Shown here in pieces: positions 22,530-31,290 of a stretch of DNA of 64,000 bases; the stretch's first letter is position 1, and every line of letters begins with the position of its first letter. The notes beneath the pieces are model-generated. The model had not been told where the DNA came from and searched no databases. It was given only the letters and a program-made list of their open reading frames with translations. This DNA comes from Acidobacteriota bacterium (GTDB taxonomy: Bacteria > Bacteroidota > Ignavibacteria > UBA10030 > UBA8401). Location of the stretch: contig JBLMZA010000043.1 of the NCBI GenBank assembly GCA_050258555.1, forward strand, positions 2,372 to 66,371, in the 5' to 3' direction. Position numbers and translations under genes: made by a program.

Positions 22530-23021
22530 ATGGCACTCATGAAGCGCAATCCGTCGTCTGAGCTGGATGTGTGGAACCGCGACTTCCCGGTCGCGCGGAG
22601 TCTCCATTCCTTCCAGCGCGAAATGAACCGCATGCTTGACAATTTCTTCCGCGAAGACCTGTTCGAGGAAGGCCGTTTCGGCGGCGTCCAGGAATTCGCG
22701 CCGGCGGTCGACATCTCGGAAACGAAGGATGCCTATGTGATCAAGGCAGAGCTTCCCGGCATGAAGAAAGAGGATGTGAAGGTGACGATGAACAACAACA
22801 TCGTGACGATTTCCGGCGAGAAGAAAATCGAAGAGGAGAAGCGGGAGGGAAGCTACTATCGCATGGAGCGCTCGTTCGGTTCGTTCGAGCGTTCGATCGC
22901 CATTCCGGGTCCGGTCAAGCCGGATGACATCGAATGCAAGTACGTGGACGGCCTGCTGACTGTGTCGCTTCCGAAAACGGAAGAGGCGAAGCAGCGGGTG
23001 ATCGATGTGAAGGTGAAATAA
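22530..23021 (+). CDS. Hsp20/alpha-crystallin family small heat-shock protein
   Basis: DISETKDAYVIKAELPGMKKEDVKVTMNNNIVTISGEKK...YRMERSFGSFERSIAIP...YVDGLLTVSLPK; AAGGAGGA Shine-Dalgarno. Confidence 0.9.
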   Translation: MALMKRNPSSELDVWNRDFPVARSLHSFQREMNRMLDNFFREDLFEEGRFGGVQEFAPAVDISETKDAYVIKAELPGMKKEDVKVTMNNNIVTISGEKKIEEEKREGSYYRMERSFGSFERSIAIPGPVKPDDIECKYVDGLLTVSLPKTEEAKQRVIDVKVK

Positions 23022-23105
23022 GCGCCGGCGGTTCGCCGATGCCGGAAGAGAAGGGAAGGACGCCCTTGTGCGGCGCGCTGAGCGCGGCATGGGGGCGTCC
23101 GCATT

Positions 23106-23390
23106 TTAAACGGTCGTATCGATGTTCGGCTCCGGTATCGCCGTGACGTTTTTTCCCTTCACCATATAGCGCAGCGTGCGCTTTTCCTTCGGCGTCGAGT
23201 CGCGCTTCACGGCTCGCTCGGGCTTTTCTTTCGGCAGGACCTGTTCGAGGACCGCCTGAAGTTTCTGCTGTGTCTGCTTTTCCACATGCGCATGATGGGG
23301 CAGCGACTGTGTGCCGAGCTGCTGCTTGGCTGCATCCGCCTGGTTGACGTTCTGTGTCAGGACGCTTCCGGCTGTATTGCTGACGTTCAT
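23106..23390 (-). CDS. Small hypothetical protein (94 aa, Q/K-rich)
   Basis: Strong G/C third-position bias; GGGAGA Shine-Dalgarno 7 nt before the second ATG. No recognisable family. Confidence 0.35.
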   Translation of the reverse strand: MNVSNTAGSVLTQNVNQADAAKQQLGTQSLPHHAHVEKQTQQKLQAVLEQVLPKEKPERAVKRDSTPKEKRTLRYMVKGKNVTAIPEPNIDTTV

Positions 23391-23457
23391 GGTCATTCTC
23401 CCTTACTGTCATCATCGGCGGATGTTTCAAAATCATAAGCGTTCCGAAAAACAGTGC

Positions 23458-23486
23458 TTGACAGGAAGAAGAAAATTTGCTATAAT
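23458..23486 (+). promoter_or_regulatory. Consensus sigma70-type promoter of the TetR gene
   Basis: TTGACA-17 bp-TATAAT, a perfect consensus, 35 bp upstream of the TetR start. Confidence 0.65.
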
Positions 23487-23510
23487 GAATAGTGAATCAT
23501 TATTCATTAT
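23482..23510. promoter_or_regulatory. Palindromic operator overlapping the -10 (putative TetR autoregulatory site)
   Basis: Perfect 9-bp inverted repeat ATAATGAAT-N11-ATTCATTAT, with an inner TGAAT-N4-ATTCA. Confidence 0.5.
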
Positions 23511-23520
23511 AGGCTTGCCC

Positions 23521-24126
23521 ATGCGAACTCTCGATGCCAACAAACGGAATGCGATTCTCAACGCGGCGACGTCCGTCATCGCTGAAGACGGATTTCACGG
23601 CGCGAAAATCGCGAAGATCGCCGAACGCGCCGGCGTCGCCACTGGCAGCATCTACCGCTACTATCCCAACAAGGAAGCGATCATCGTCGTGATCCTCGAG
23701 CAGCTCTGGGAAAACCTCGCGCGGGAGGTCCGGCTGCTCATTCCGCGCACAGACATCCATCCGGTCGAGAAGCTCGACATGGTCGTCGATCTTGTCTTCG
23801 ACATCTTCACTGCCAACACCTCGCTCGCCACGATCTTCGTGAACGAACACCATCAGTTCCTGGTCCGGGAGGTCGGAAAGCTGCGCCTCTTCTACGACAG
23901 CTTCCTCGATTCGGCCGAGGAGATCGTCCGGGAGGGCGTGCACAGGCATGTCTTCAACGCCAACGTCGATATCAAGATCTTCCGTCATTTCATCATCGGA
24001 GCGTTCCGGCACATCCTGCAGCAGTGGACGCTGGACCCCGAAACATTCCCCCTCAACAAAGTGCGGCAGAATCTGAAGTTCATCATCAAGAACGGAATTT
24101 TGCAGCATGGCAGTGCAAAAAAGTGA
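23521..24126 (+). CDS. TetR/AcrR family transcriptional regulator
   Basis: N-terminal HTH (RNAILNAATSVIAEDGFHGAKIAKIAERAGVATGSIYRYYPNKEA) and helical ligand-binding domain. Confidence 0.85.
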   Translation: MRTLDANKRNAILNAATSVIAEDGFHGAKIAKIAERAGVATGSIYRYYPNKEAIIVVILEQLWENLAREVRLLIPRTDIHPVEKLDMVVDLVFDIFTANTSLATIFVNEHHQFLVREVGKLRLFYDSFLDSAEEIVREGVHRHVFNANVDIKIFRHFIIGAFRHILQQWTLDPETFPLNKVRQNLKFIIKNGILQHGSAKK

Positions 24127-24131
24127 CCGCC

Positions 24132-25643
24132 ATGAAGAACCCTACGGAACAACCATCCATGACAATCAGGACTGTCCGGCGCCGCATGACGCTCTGGACG
24201 GCCGCGGCGCTGTGCCTGCCGGCCATGTTGTGCGCGCAGACACTCACGCTCGATGCGGCCGTGCAGACGGCGCTGGCAAAGAACGAACGCATCAGCCAGT
24301 ATGAAGAACGGCTGAAACAGAAGGAGTACGGAAACCGCGAGGCCTGGGGCAACTTCCTGCCTTCGCTGAATTTTACGGCAAGCTACACGCATCTGAAGGA
24401 GCCGATGAAGATCGATCTGGAGCCGGTGCGTCAGGCGATCATCACGATGCAGGCCGGAACGCAGACCGAGTTCGCAAACGTCTACAGCATGATGCAGGGG
24501 CGTCCGGCGCTGACTCAGGCGCAGCGCGACGCACTGAATGCGCAGAACTTCAAGGCGCTCGACGCCAGGCTGCCCTTGTTCGTCGAGGAGATGAAGAAAC
24601 AGGATTATAAGACGGGAACCTTCGTTGCCACGCAGCCTCTTTTTCTCGGAGGCAAGCTCCTGGCCGCCAGGCAGTACGCAGCCTCCGAGATGCGGTCGGC
24701 CGGCATCGAGCTCGAGCGCGCAAAAAACGAGATCGTCCAGGAGGCCCTCGTCAATTACCTTGCCGTCGTGCTCATGACCGATGTGGTCCGGACGCGCGAG
24801 GATGTTCTTGCGGGTATGAATCGACATGATACACAGGCAAAGAAGCTCTTCGCCGAAGGACTCATCGCCAATCATCAGGTCATGCGCGCCGAAGTGGCCG
24901 TGGCCGACGCCGAGCGCAACCTGATCGATGACCGGAACCGGCTCGAGCTTGCGCGCATCGCGCTGCGCGCCACGCTCGGACTGCCGTCCGACGCGCCGGT
25001 CGAGGTGTTGGAAACGCTCTCGTACCGTCGGACCGGCGACACGCTCGAGGCCTGCGAGGCGCAGGCGCTCGTGCGCAATCCCGTGATGCAGGTGCTCGCC
25101 GAGAAGCGCGAGGCGGCATCGGCCAACTACAATCTCCAGCGCTCCGAATTCCTGCCGCAGATCGCCGCCTTCGGCAAGTACGAGGTGTACCCCCAATATC
25201 TCTCCATCCTCGAGCCGCGCTGGGCCGTCGGCGTCCAATTGAGCATGAACCTCTTCAGCGGAATGAAGAAATATGCGAAGCTCGAATCGGCCTCGCATCT
25301 CGAGCGCGAAGTGGAATATCTCGAAGCCGACACGAAAAAGAAAATCGGCCTGCTTGTCAACAAGGACTACCGCGAGCTCGACAACGCCCGAAGCCGCTAT
25401 GAACGCCTGAAGAAAAACATCCGTCTTTCGGAGGAGAACCTGCGCCTGATGAGGAACCGGTTCGAAACCGGGCTCGGCACGTCGCTCGATGTGATCGACG
25501 CGGAACTCGTGCTCGAGAAGAATCTCATCGAAAGCAAGACCTCGCTGTTCGACTACTACAAGGCGATGGCCGATTTGTACACCGCCGTGGGCGAACCGGA
25601 AAAATTTCTGTCCATCTGGAATGCAAAAGGAGAAGAGCAATGA
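24132..25643 (+). CDS. TolC-like outer membrane efflux protein (OEP family)
   Basis: Signal peptide followed by two OEP repeats with coiled-coil character. Alternative starts are at 24159 and 24186. Confidence 0.75.
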   Translation: MKNPTEQPSMTIRTVRRRMTLWTAAALCLPAMLCAQTLTLDAAVQTALAKNERISQYEERLKQKEYGNREAWGNFLPSLNFTASYTHLKEPMKIDLEPVRQAIITMQAGTQTEFANVYSMMQGRPALTQAQRDALNAQNFKALDARLPLFVEEMKKQDYKTGTFVATQPLFLGGKLLAARQYAASEMRSAGIELERAKNEIVQEALVNYLAVVLMTDVVRTREDVLAGMNRHDTQAKKLFAEGLIANHQVMRAEVAVADAERNLIDDRNRLELARIALRATLGLPSDAPVEVLETLSYRRTGDTLEACEAQALVRNPVMQVLAEKREAASANYNLQRSEFLPQIAAFGKYEVYPQYLSILEPRWAVGVQLSMNLFSGMKKYAKLESASHLEREVEYLEADTKKKIGLLVNKDYRELDNARSRYERLKKNIRLSEENLRLMRNRFETGLGTSLDVIDAELVLEKNLIESKTSLFDYYKAMADLYTAVGEPEKFLSIWNAKGEEQ

Positions 25644-26632
25644 AATTCAGAAAACAGACGGCCGTTCTCGCCGTCCCCGCCGTTATTGCCGTCGTATCGC
25701 TTGCCGTGCTGTTGGTGAAAGCCGCCGCCCCCGACGAAATTGTGATCACAGGCCAGGCCGAGGCCTCTGAGATCGATGTTGCCTCGAAAATCCCCGGCCG
25801 CATCGATACGGTCTATGTGAAGGAAGGCGATACGGTGGTGAAGGGCCAGCTCCTGGCGCTGCTTGAAAGCAAGGAGATCGCCGCGAAAGTCGGGCAGGCC
25901 AAGGGAGCCATGGAAGCGGCCCGCGCCAGAATGATGATGGCCGAACACGGCGCTCGTCCCGAGGAAAAGGAAGGGGCAAAGAAACTGTACGAGCAGGCGA
26001 AGTCGCAGTTCGAACTCGCCCAGAAGACCTGGAAGCGCGTCGAGAAGGTCTACCGCGACAGCCTCATCAGCACGCAGGAGCGCGATCAGGCCGAATTCCA
26101 GTTCAAGGCTGCACGCGACCAGATGGACGCCGCAAAGGCACGGTATGATATGGCGCTGCATGGCGCGCGTGCCGAGGAGATCGACGGCGCGCGCTCGCTG
26201 TTCCATCAGGCCGAGAACGCCTACAACGAGGCGCTTGCCTACGACAGCGAAACGCACATCGTGAGCCGGATGAATGGCGAAGTCACCAAGCGGATCGTCG
26301 ATGCCGGGGAGATGGCCGCCGGAGGCTACCCGATCTTCACGATCATGGACCCGTCCGATGTCTGGGTGGTGATCCAGGTGCGCGAAGACCAGCTCGGCGG
26401 CATCCGCAAAGGCCAGACGCTGGAGGCCCGGATTCCCGCACTGAACAATGAGCGGTTCGCTTTCGAAGTCTCGGCCCTGGCGGCGATGGCCGATTATGCC
26501 TCATGGCGTCCGACGAAGCAGAAGGGGGAATACGACCTCAAGACATTCGAAGTGCGCCTGCGTCCGAAAGCGCCGATTCCGGGACTTCGTCCCGGCATGT
26601 CCGTCAATGTTGCGCTGGCAGGAAGGTCATGA
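25640..26632 (+). CDS. HlyD-family membrane fusion protein
   Basis: N-terminal transmembrane helix, biotin-lipoyl-like hairpin (YVKEGDTVVKGQLLALLE), long coiled coil and beta-barrel. ATGA overlap with the upstream gene. Confidence 0.85.
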   Translation: MKFRKQTAVLAVPAVIAVVSLAVLLVKAAAPDEIVITGQAEASEIDVASKIPGRIDTVYVKEGDTVVKGQLLALLESKEIAAKVGQAKGAMEAARARMMMAEHGARPEEKEGAKKLYEQAKSQFELAQKTWKRVEKVYRDSLISTQERDQAEFQFKAARDQMDAAKARYDMALHGARAEEIDGARSLFHQAENAYNEALAYDSETHIVSRMNGEVTKRIVDAGEMAAGGYPIFTIMDPSDVWVVIQVREDQLGGIRKGQTLEARIPALNNERFAFEVSALAAMADYASWRPTKQKGEYDLKTFEVRLRPKAPIPGLRPGMSVNVALAGRS

Positions 26633-27828
26633 GCACGCCATTCGTCATGCCGCTGTTGCGTGTGATGCGCCGGGAGTTCCGGCGGATTGCCGGGCGGCCC
26701 ACGCTCTGGATGCTGTCGATCGGACTTCCGGTCGGCATGTTTCTCTTCCTTGCCTACATCTATAAGGACGCGCTGGTGCGCGAGCTTCCCGTGGCCGTCT
26801 GCGATGAAGACGGTTCGGAGCTCTCGCGCATGATCATCCGTTCTGTCGACGCCACCGCGTCGATGAAGGTCGTCATGCGCGCACACTCGATGAACGAGAT
26901 CCGGGAGGCGATGCTGGCCGGAAACGTACAGGCCGGCATTTACATCCCGCGCCGGTTCGAAGCGGACGTGAAAGGCGGGACGAGCTCGACCGTCACGGTC
27001 GTCAAGAACACGTTCAACCTGATCATCGGCAATCTCATCTACCGCGATGCTGCGACGATCCTGAAGACCGTCTCCGGCGGAGCGCTGCTCAAGAAGCTGC
27101 GTTCACGCGGCATGAGCGGGGAGCAGGCGATGAATGTCATCAATCCGATCCGCCTCGATACGCAGGTGCTCTACAATTCGAATTACAGCTATCTGAATTA
27201 TCTCATCCCGCCCATGCTCGCCGTCGTGCTGCAGATGGTCATCATGGTCTCGGGCGTGCTGGTGTTCAGTTCCGAATTCACGCATGGAACCATGGACGAG
27301 CTGCTTGAAACCGGAAACAACAGCCTGGCGGCCGTGCTCCTCGGCAAGGCGCTTCCGCATTTTCTCGTGCATGCCTCGACGGCGCTCGGCATCATCGGAC
27401 TGGTCATGCCGATATTCGGACTCGGCATCGGCGGATCCTCCGCGCTTGTCTTCGGGCTGCTGCTTCTGTTCGTCGCGGCGTCGCTTGCCCTGGCGCTTGC
27501 GATCTCGGGCGTCGTGCATGAGCAGCTGAAGGCGACCGAAGTCGCGGTCTTCCTCGTGACGCCGGCATTCGTCTTCAGCGGACTCACGTTTCCGGCATGG
27601 GCGATGCCTGCGCTGCATTCATGGTATGCGCAGACGATGCCCTTCACGCCGTTTCTGTCCGCATTTCTGAAACTGTATCAGATGAATACCCCGGTCACAT
27701 ACATCGCTCCCGAAGCGCTTCACCTTTCGGCATTCCTCATCCTTTCAACGGCCGTGGCAATCGTGTCGCTGCGGCGGCAGATCCATCGGCATATTACATC
27801 GCGCATGGGAACGGAGGCCTCGTCATGA
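26629..27828 (+). CDS. ABC-2 type transporter permease (YhhJ-like)
   Basis: N-terminal transmembrane helix, large periplasmic loop and six C-terminal transmembrane helices (ABC2_membrane_3). ATGA overlap. Confidence 0.8.
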   Translation: MSTPFVMPLLRVMRREFRRIAGRPTLWMLSIGLPVGMFLFLAYIYKDALVRELPVAVCDEDGSELSRMIIRSVDATASMKVVMRAHSMNEIREAMLAGNVQAGIYIPRRFEADVKGGTSSTVTVVKNTFNLIIGNLIYRDAATILKTVSGGALLKKLRSRGMSGEQAMNVINPIRLDTQVLYNSNYSYLNYLIPPMLAVVLQMVIMVSGVLVFSSEFTHGTMDELLETGNNSLAAVLLGKALPHFLVHASTALGIIGLVMPIFGLGIGGSSALVFGLLLLFVAASLALALAISGVVHEQLKATEVAVFLVTPAFVFSGLTFPAWAMPALHSWYAQTMPFTPFLSAFLKLYQMNTPVTYIAPEALHLSAFLILSTAVAIVSLRRQIHRHITSRMGTEASS

Positions 27829-29003
27829 AACAGCGCATCAGAGGATACGTCGAGGTCATCCTCCGCGAAGCCCGCTCGCTCATCGGCGACGTCAACATCC
27901 GCATGATCGTGCTGGTGGCGCCGCTGCTGTATCCGCTTCTCTACGGCACGGTCTATTGGCACAAGACCGAGGCCGATGTGCCCATCGTCGTGGTGGACGG
28001 GGACCATTCGGCGCTCTCGCGTCAGTTCATCCGCGATCTCGATGCGCACCAGCTGATCCGCGTGGCGGAGGTCACGGCCGATGCGGGCCAGGCGCAGGAC
28101 CGGCTCTACCGGATGGATGCGCAGGGCATCGTCATTATTCCTTCGGGCTTTTCACGATCGCTCCTGAAGGCGGAAGGCGCCGATGTGAAGGTGCTTCTCA
28201 ACACGACGAAGTTCCTTCCCTCCAATGACCTCAACAAGGCGATCACCGCCGTCGCCATGAGCCGGGCCGCGGACATGCGCGTGAAGTTTCTGCGCATGGC
28301 GGGCTTCAGCAGGAAGCAGGCGGAGGAGGCGGCGGATCCGGTGCGCGACGATATCCGTCCCATGTTCAACGTGACGGAAACCTACGGAGACTTTCTCATT
28401 CCCGGCATCTTCATTCTCATACTCCAGCAGACGCTGCTCATCGGACTTTCGGAAAGCGTCGCCAGGGAGCGCGAGGAAGGGACGCTGCCCGAGCTGTTGC
28501 GGACTGCAAACGGAAGCGTCACGGCCGCCGTGTGGGGCAAGGGGGGGATCTACCTCGCGCTCTATGCGTCGTATGCACTTTTTTATGCCGCGGTGTACTT
28601 CCGGCTCTTCTCGCTTCCGATTGCCGGCAGCGCTTCGGCGCTCGCCGTTGCCACCGTACTCTTTCTGATCTCGGTCGTGTACATCAGCATCTTCGTTTCC
28701 TCCTTCTTCACGCGCAAGATCCTCGCGCTGCAGACGATCACATTCACCACATATCCCATCTTCTTCATTTCCGGCTACAGTTGGCCGGCCGAAGCGCTTC
28801 CGCTGCCTCTGCAATGGCTCACGCAGCTCTTGCCGAGCACGCAGTATTTCACCGCCGCCGTTCGCATCATGCAGATGGATGCGGGGTGGAAGGAAACGGC
28901 GCCGGAACTCCTCCGGCTTGCCGCGCTTGCCGCCGCAGGCTTCGTGGTCACGCGCATGCGCATGCGAACACTGCTTCGGCGTGCAGACTTGAACGCCGGA
29001 TAA
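27825..29003 (+). CDS. ABC-2 type transporter permease (YhhJ-like), second paralog
   Basis: Same architecture as the previous gene. ATGA overlap; GGAGG Shine-Dalgarno. Confidence 0.8.
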   Translation: MKQRIRGYVEVILREARSLIGDVNIRMIVLVAPLLYPLLYGTVYWHKTEADVPIVVVDGDHSALSRQFIRDLDAHQLIRVAEVTADAGQAQDRLYRMDAQGIVIIPSGFSRSLLKAEGADVKVLLNTTKFLPSNDLNKAITAVAMSRAADMRVKFLRMAGFSRKQAEEAADPVRDDIRPMFNVTETYGDFLIPGIFILILQQTLLIGLSESVAREREEGTLPELLRTANGSVTAAVWGKGGIYLALYASYALFYAAVYFRLFSLPIAGSASALAVATVLFLISVVYISIFVSSFFTRKILALQTITFTTYPIFFISGYSWPAEALPLPLQWLTQLLPSTQYFTAAVRIMQMDAGWKETAPELLRLAALAAAGFVVTRMRMRTLLRRADLNAG

Positions 29004-29064
29004 TTATTTCCTACATTAGGTTTTCTATCCTGCAGCGCAGAAGCACACGAAGACTATCCAGAAA

Positions 29065-31218
29065 ATGTCACGAAAAATCAAGATCGGCATCGATGTCGGC
29101 GGAACGTTCACACACGCCGTTGCGGTGGATATTGCCCACTTCGGCATTGTCGGGAAGGCGGTTGTTCCCACTTCCCACAGCGCCAAAGAAGGCGTCGCCC
29201 GCGGCGTCGTCGAGTCGATGCAGAAGCTGCTCGAGACCGCACACATCCATCCGGACGAAGTCATTCTCATTGCGCACAGCACCACACAGGCAACGAACGC
29301 GCTGCTTGAAGGCGACGTTGCGCCGGTGGGCATCATCGGCATGGGGACGGGACTGGAAGGCCGGAGGGCGAAAAACGAGACGAACACGAACCGGATTGAG
29401 CTTGCGCCGGGCAAGTTCGCGAAGACCTGTCATCGCTTTCTTGATACGGGCAGACGCTTCGACGATGAGACGATACGCCGGACGATCACGGAACTCATGA
29501 ATGACGGTGCGCAGGTGATCGTGGCCAGCGAGGCCTTCGGCGTCGATCATCCCGAATCGGAGCAGCGCGTGGTGAAGGCGGCATCGGCCATGGGCATACT
29601 TGCCACGTCCGCTTCCGAGATTTCGCAGCTCTACGGACTCCGCATCCGCACGCGCACGGCCGTGATCAATGCGAGCATGATGCCGAAGATGCTCGAAACG
29701 GCGAACATGACGGAGGATTCGGTGCGCAAAAGCGGCATCAACGCGCCGCTGATGGTGATGCGCAGCGACGGCGGCATCATGGACATCAATGAAATGCGCC
29801 GCCGTCCCATACTCACCATGCTCTCGGGACCCGCCGCCGGCGTCGCCGCGGCGCTGATGTACATTAAAATTTCGGACGGCATCTTTCTCGAAGTCGGCGG
29901 CACCTCGACCGACATCTCGATCATCAAGAACGGCAAGCCCATCATCCGCACGGCGGAGATCGGAGGCAACAAGCTCTTCGTGCGCACGCTCGACGTCCGC
30001 ACGATCGGCGTGGCAGGCGGCTCGATGCTGCGCCTGCATAAGGGGAAGGTCGTCGATGTGGGACCGCGTTCGGCGCATATTGCGGGATTGAAGTACGCGA
30101 CATTTTTTGCGCCCGATGAAGTACCCCCGGTTGAATCCCTTTCGCTTGCATCCATGACGCCGCGCGAGGGCGACCCCGACGATTACGTTGGCATAGCGGT
30201 CAACGGAGGAGCTCCTTCGATCGCCGTGACGCCGACCGGCGCGGTGAATGTGCTCGGCATCGCGCAGGGCTACAGCAAGGCCAAGTCGGAATTCGTGCAC
30301 AGGATCTTCGGCTGGCTTGCCTCGCATATCGGCACGACGCCCGAGAAGCTCGCGACCGAAATTCAGGAAGTCTGCGCCGCCAAGAACAAGGAGGTCATCG
30401 ATGCGATCATCGACGAGTACAAGCTCGACAAATCGCTCCTGACGCTCGTCGGCGGCGGAGGAGGCGCCGAGGCGATCGTGCCATACACGGCAAAGGTGAT
30501 GGGCATGAAGCACACGATTGCCGAGAATGCCGAAGTGATTTCCGCCATCGGCATCGCCCTGGGCATCATCCGCGATACGATCGAACGCACGATCATCAAT
30601 CCCACGGAGCAGGATCTTCTGCTCATCCGGAAGGAAGCGATGGAGCGCATCCAGCGCATGGGCGCGATCCCCGAAACGATCGAAGTGACGATCGATGTCG
30701 ACCGACAGACGAAGCGCGTGACGGCGGTCGCCACCGGCTCGTCCGAGCTTCGCACGCGCGACATCATGTCGAAGCCGAAGACGGACGACGAGCTGAAGGC
30801 GATCTCCGCCGCCTCGATCGGATCGAATCATGTCGAGCTCAAAGGCCGCGCAGGCGTGCTCCGCGTGTTTCAGGGACGCCGTGAGGAGACGCGTCTTTTC
30901 GGACTGTCGAAGAAGACGACGCACCCGCTTCGCGTGATCGACGAGGACGGCATCGTCCGGCTGCAGCTTGCGCACGGCGAGGTGAGAGCGACGACCGTCG
31001 GCCTGGTGACCGGAACGCTCCGGGCCCTGCTCGACGAGTTCACGTCGTACGGCGATGCGGGCGGACTCCTGCCCGATGTGTTCATCATCGCCTCCGGCCG
31101 CGTCATCGATCTGACGGGGCTGGTCATGAAAGATCAGATCCTCTCGATGGCGCAGGCCGAGACGGAAAAGATTTCCAACGACGAGCCATGCATCATCATC
31201 GGATCGAAGAAGAAGTAG
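29065..31218 (+). CDS. Hydantoinase/oxoprolinase (HyuA-like) family protein
   Basis: Hydantoinase_A N-terminal ASKHA fold (KIGIDVGGTFTHAV, EVGGTSTDISII). 717 aa, with no HyuB partner nearby. Confidence 0.75.
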   Translation: MSRKIKIGIDVGGTFTHAVAVDIAHFGIVGKAVVPTSHSAKEGVARGVVESMQKLLETAHIHPDEVILIAHSTTQATNALLEGDVAPVGIIGMGTGLEGRRAKNETNTNRIELAPGKFAKTCHRFLDTGRRFDDETIRRTITELMNDGAQVIVASEAFGVDHPESEQRVVKAASAMGILATSASEISQLYGLRIRTRTAVINASMMPKMLETANMTEDSVRKSGINAPLMVMRSDGGIMDINEMRRRPILTMLSGPAAGVAAALMYIKISDGIFLEVGGTSTDISIIKNGKPIIRTAEIGGNKLFVRTLDVRTIGVAGGSMLRLHKGKVVDVGPRSAHIAGLKYATFFAPDEVPPVESLSLASMTPREGDPDDYVGIAVNGGAPSIAVTPTGAVNVLGIAQGYSKAKSEFVHRIFGWLASHIGTTPEKLATEIQEVCAAKNKEVIDAIIDEYKLDKSLLTLVGGGGGAEAIVPYTAKVMGMKHTIAENAEVISAIGIALGIIRDTIERTIINPTEQDLLLIRKEAMERIQRMGAIPETIEVTIDVDRQTKRVTAVATGSSELRTRDIMSKPKTDDELKAISAASIGSNHVELKGRAGVLRVFQGRREETRLFGLSKKTTHPLRVIDEDGIVRLQLAHGEVRATTVGLVTGTLRALLDEFTSYGDAGGLLPDVFIIASGRVIDLTGLVMKDQILSMAQAETEKISNDEPCIIIGSKKK

Positions 31219-31290
31219 GCGCTGTTCACGCGCGGCTCAGCACTCGTGTCCGCGCGCATTTCATCACACACACAGGTCAATGTGGATCAT

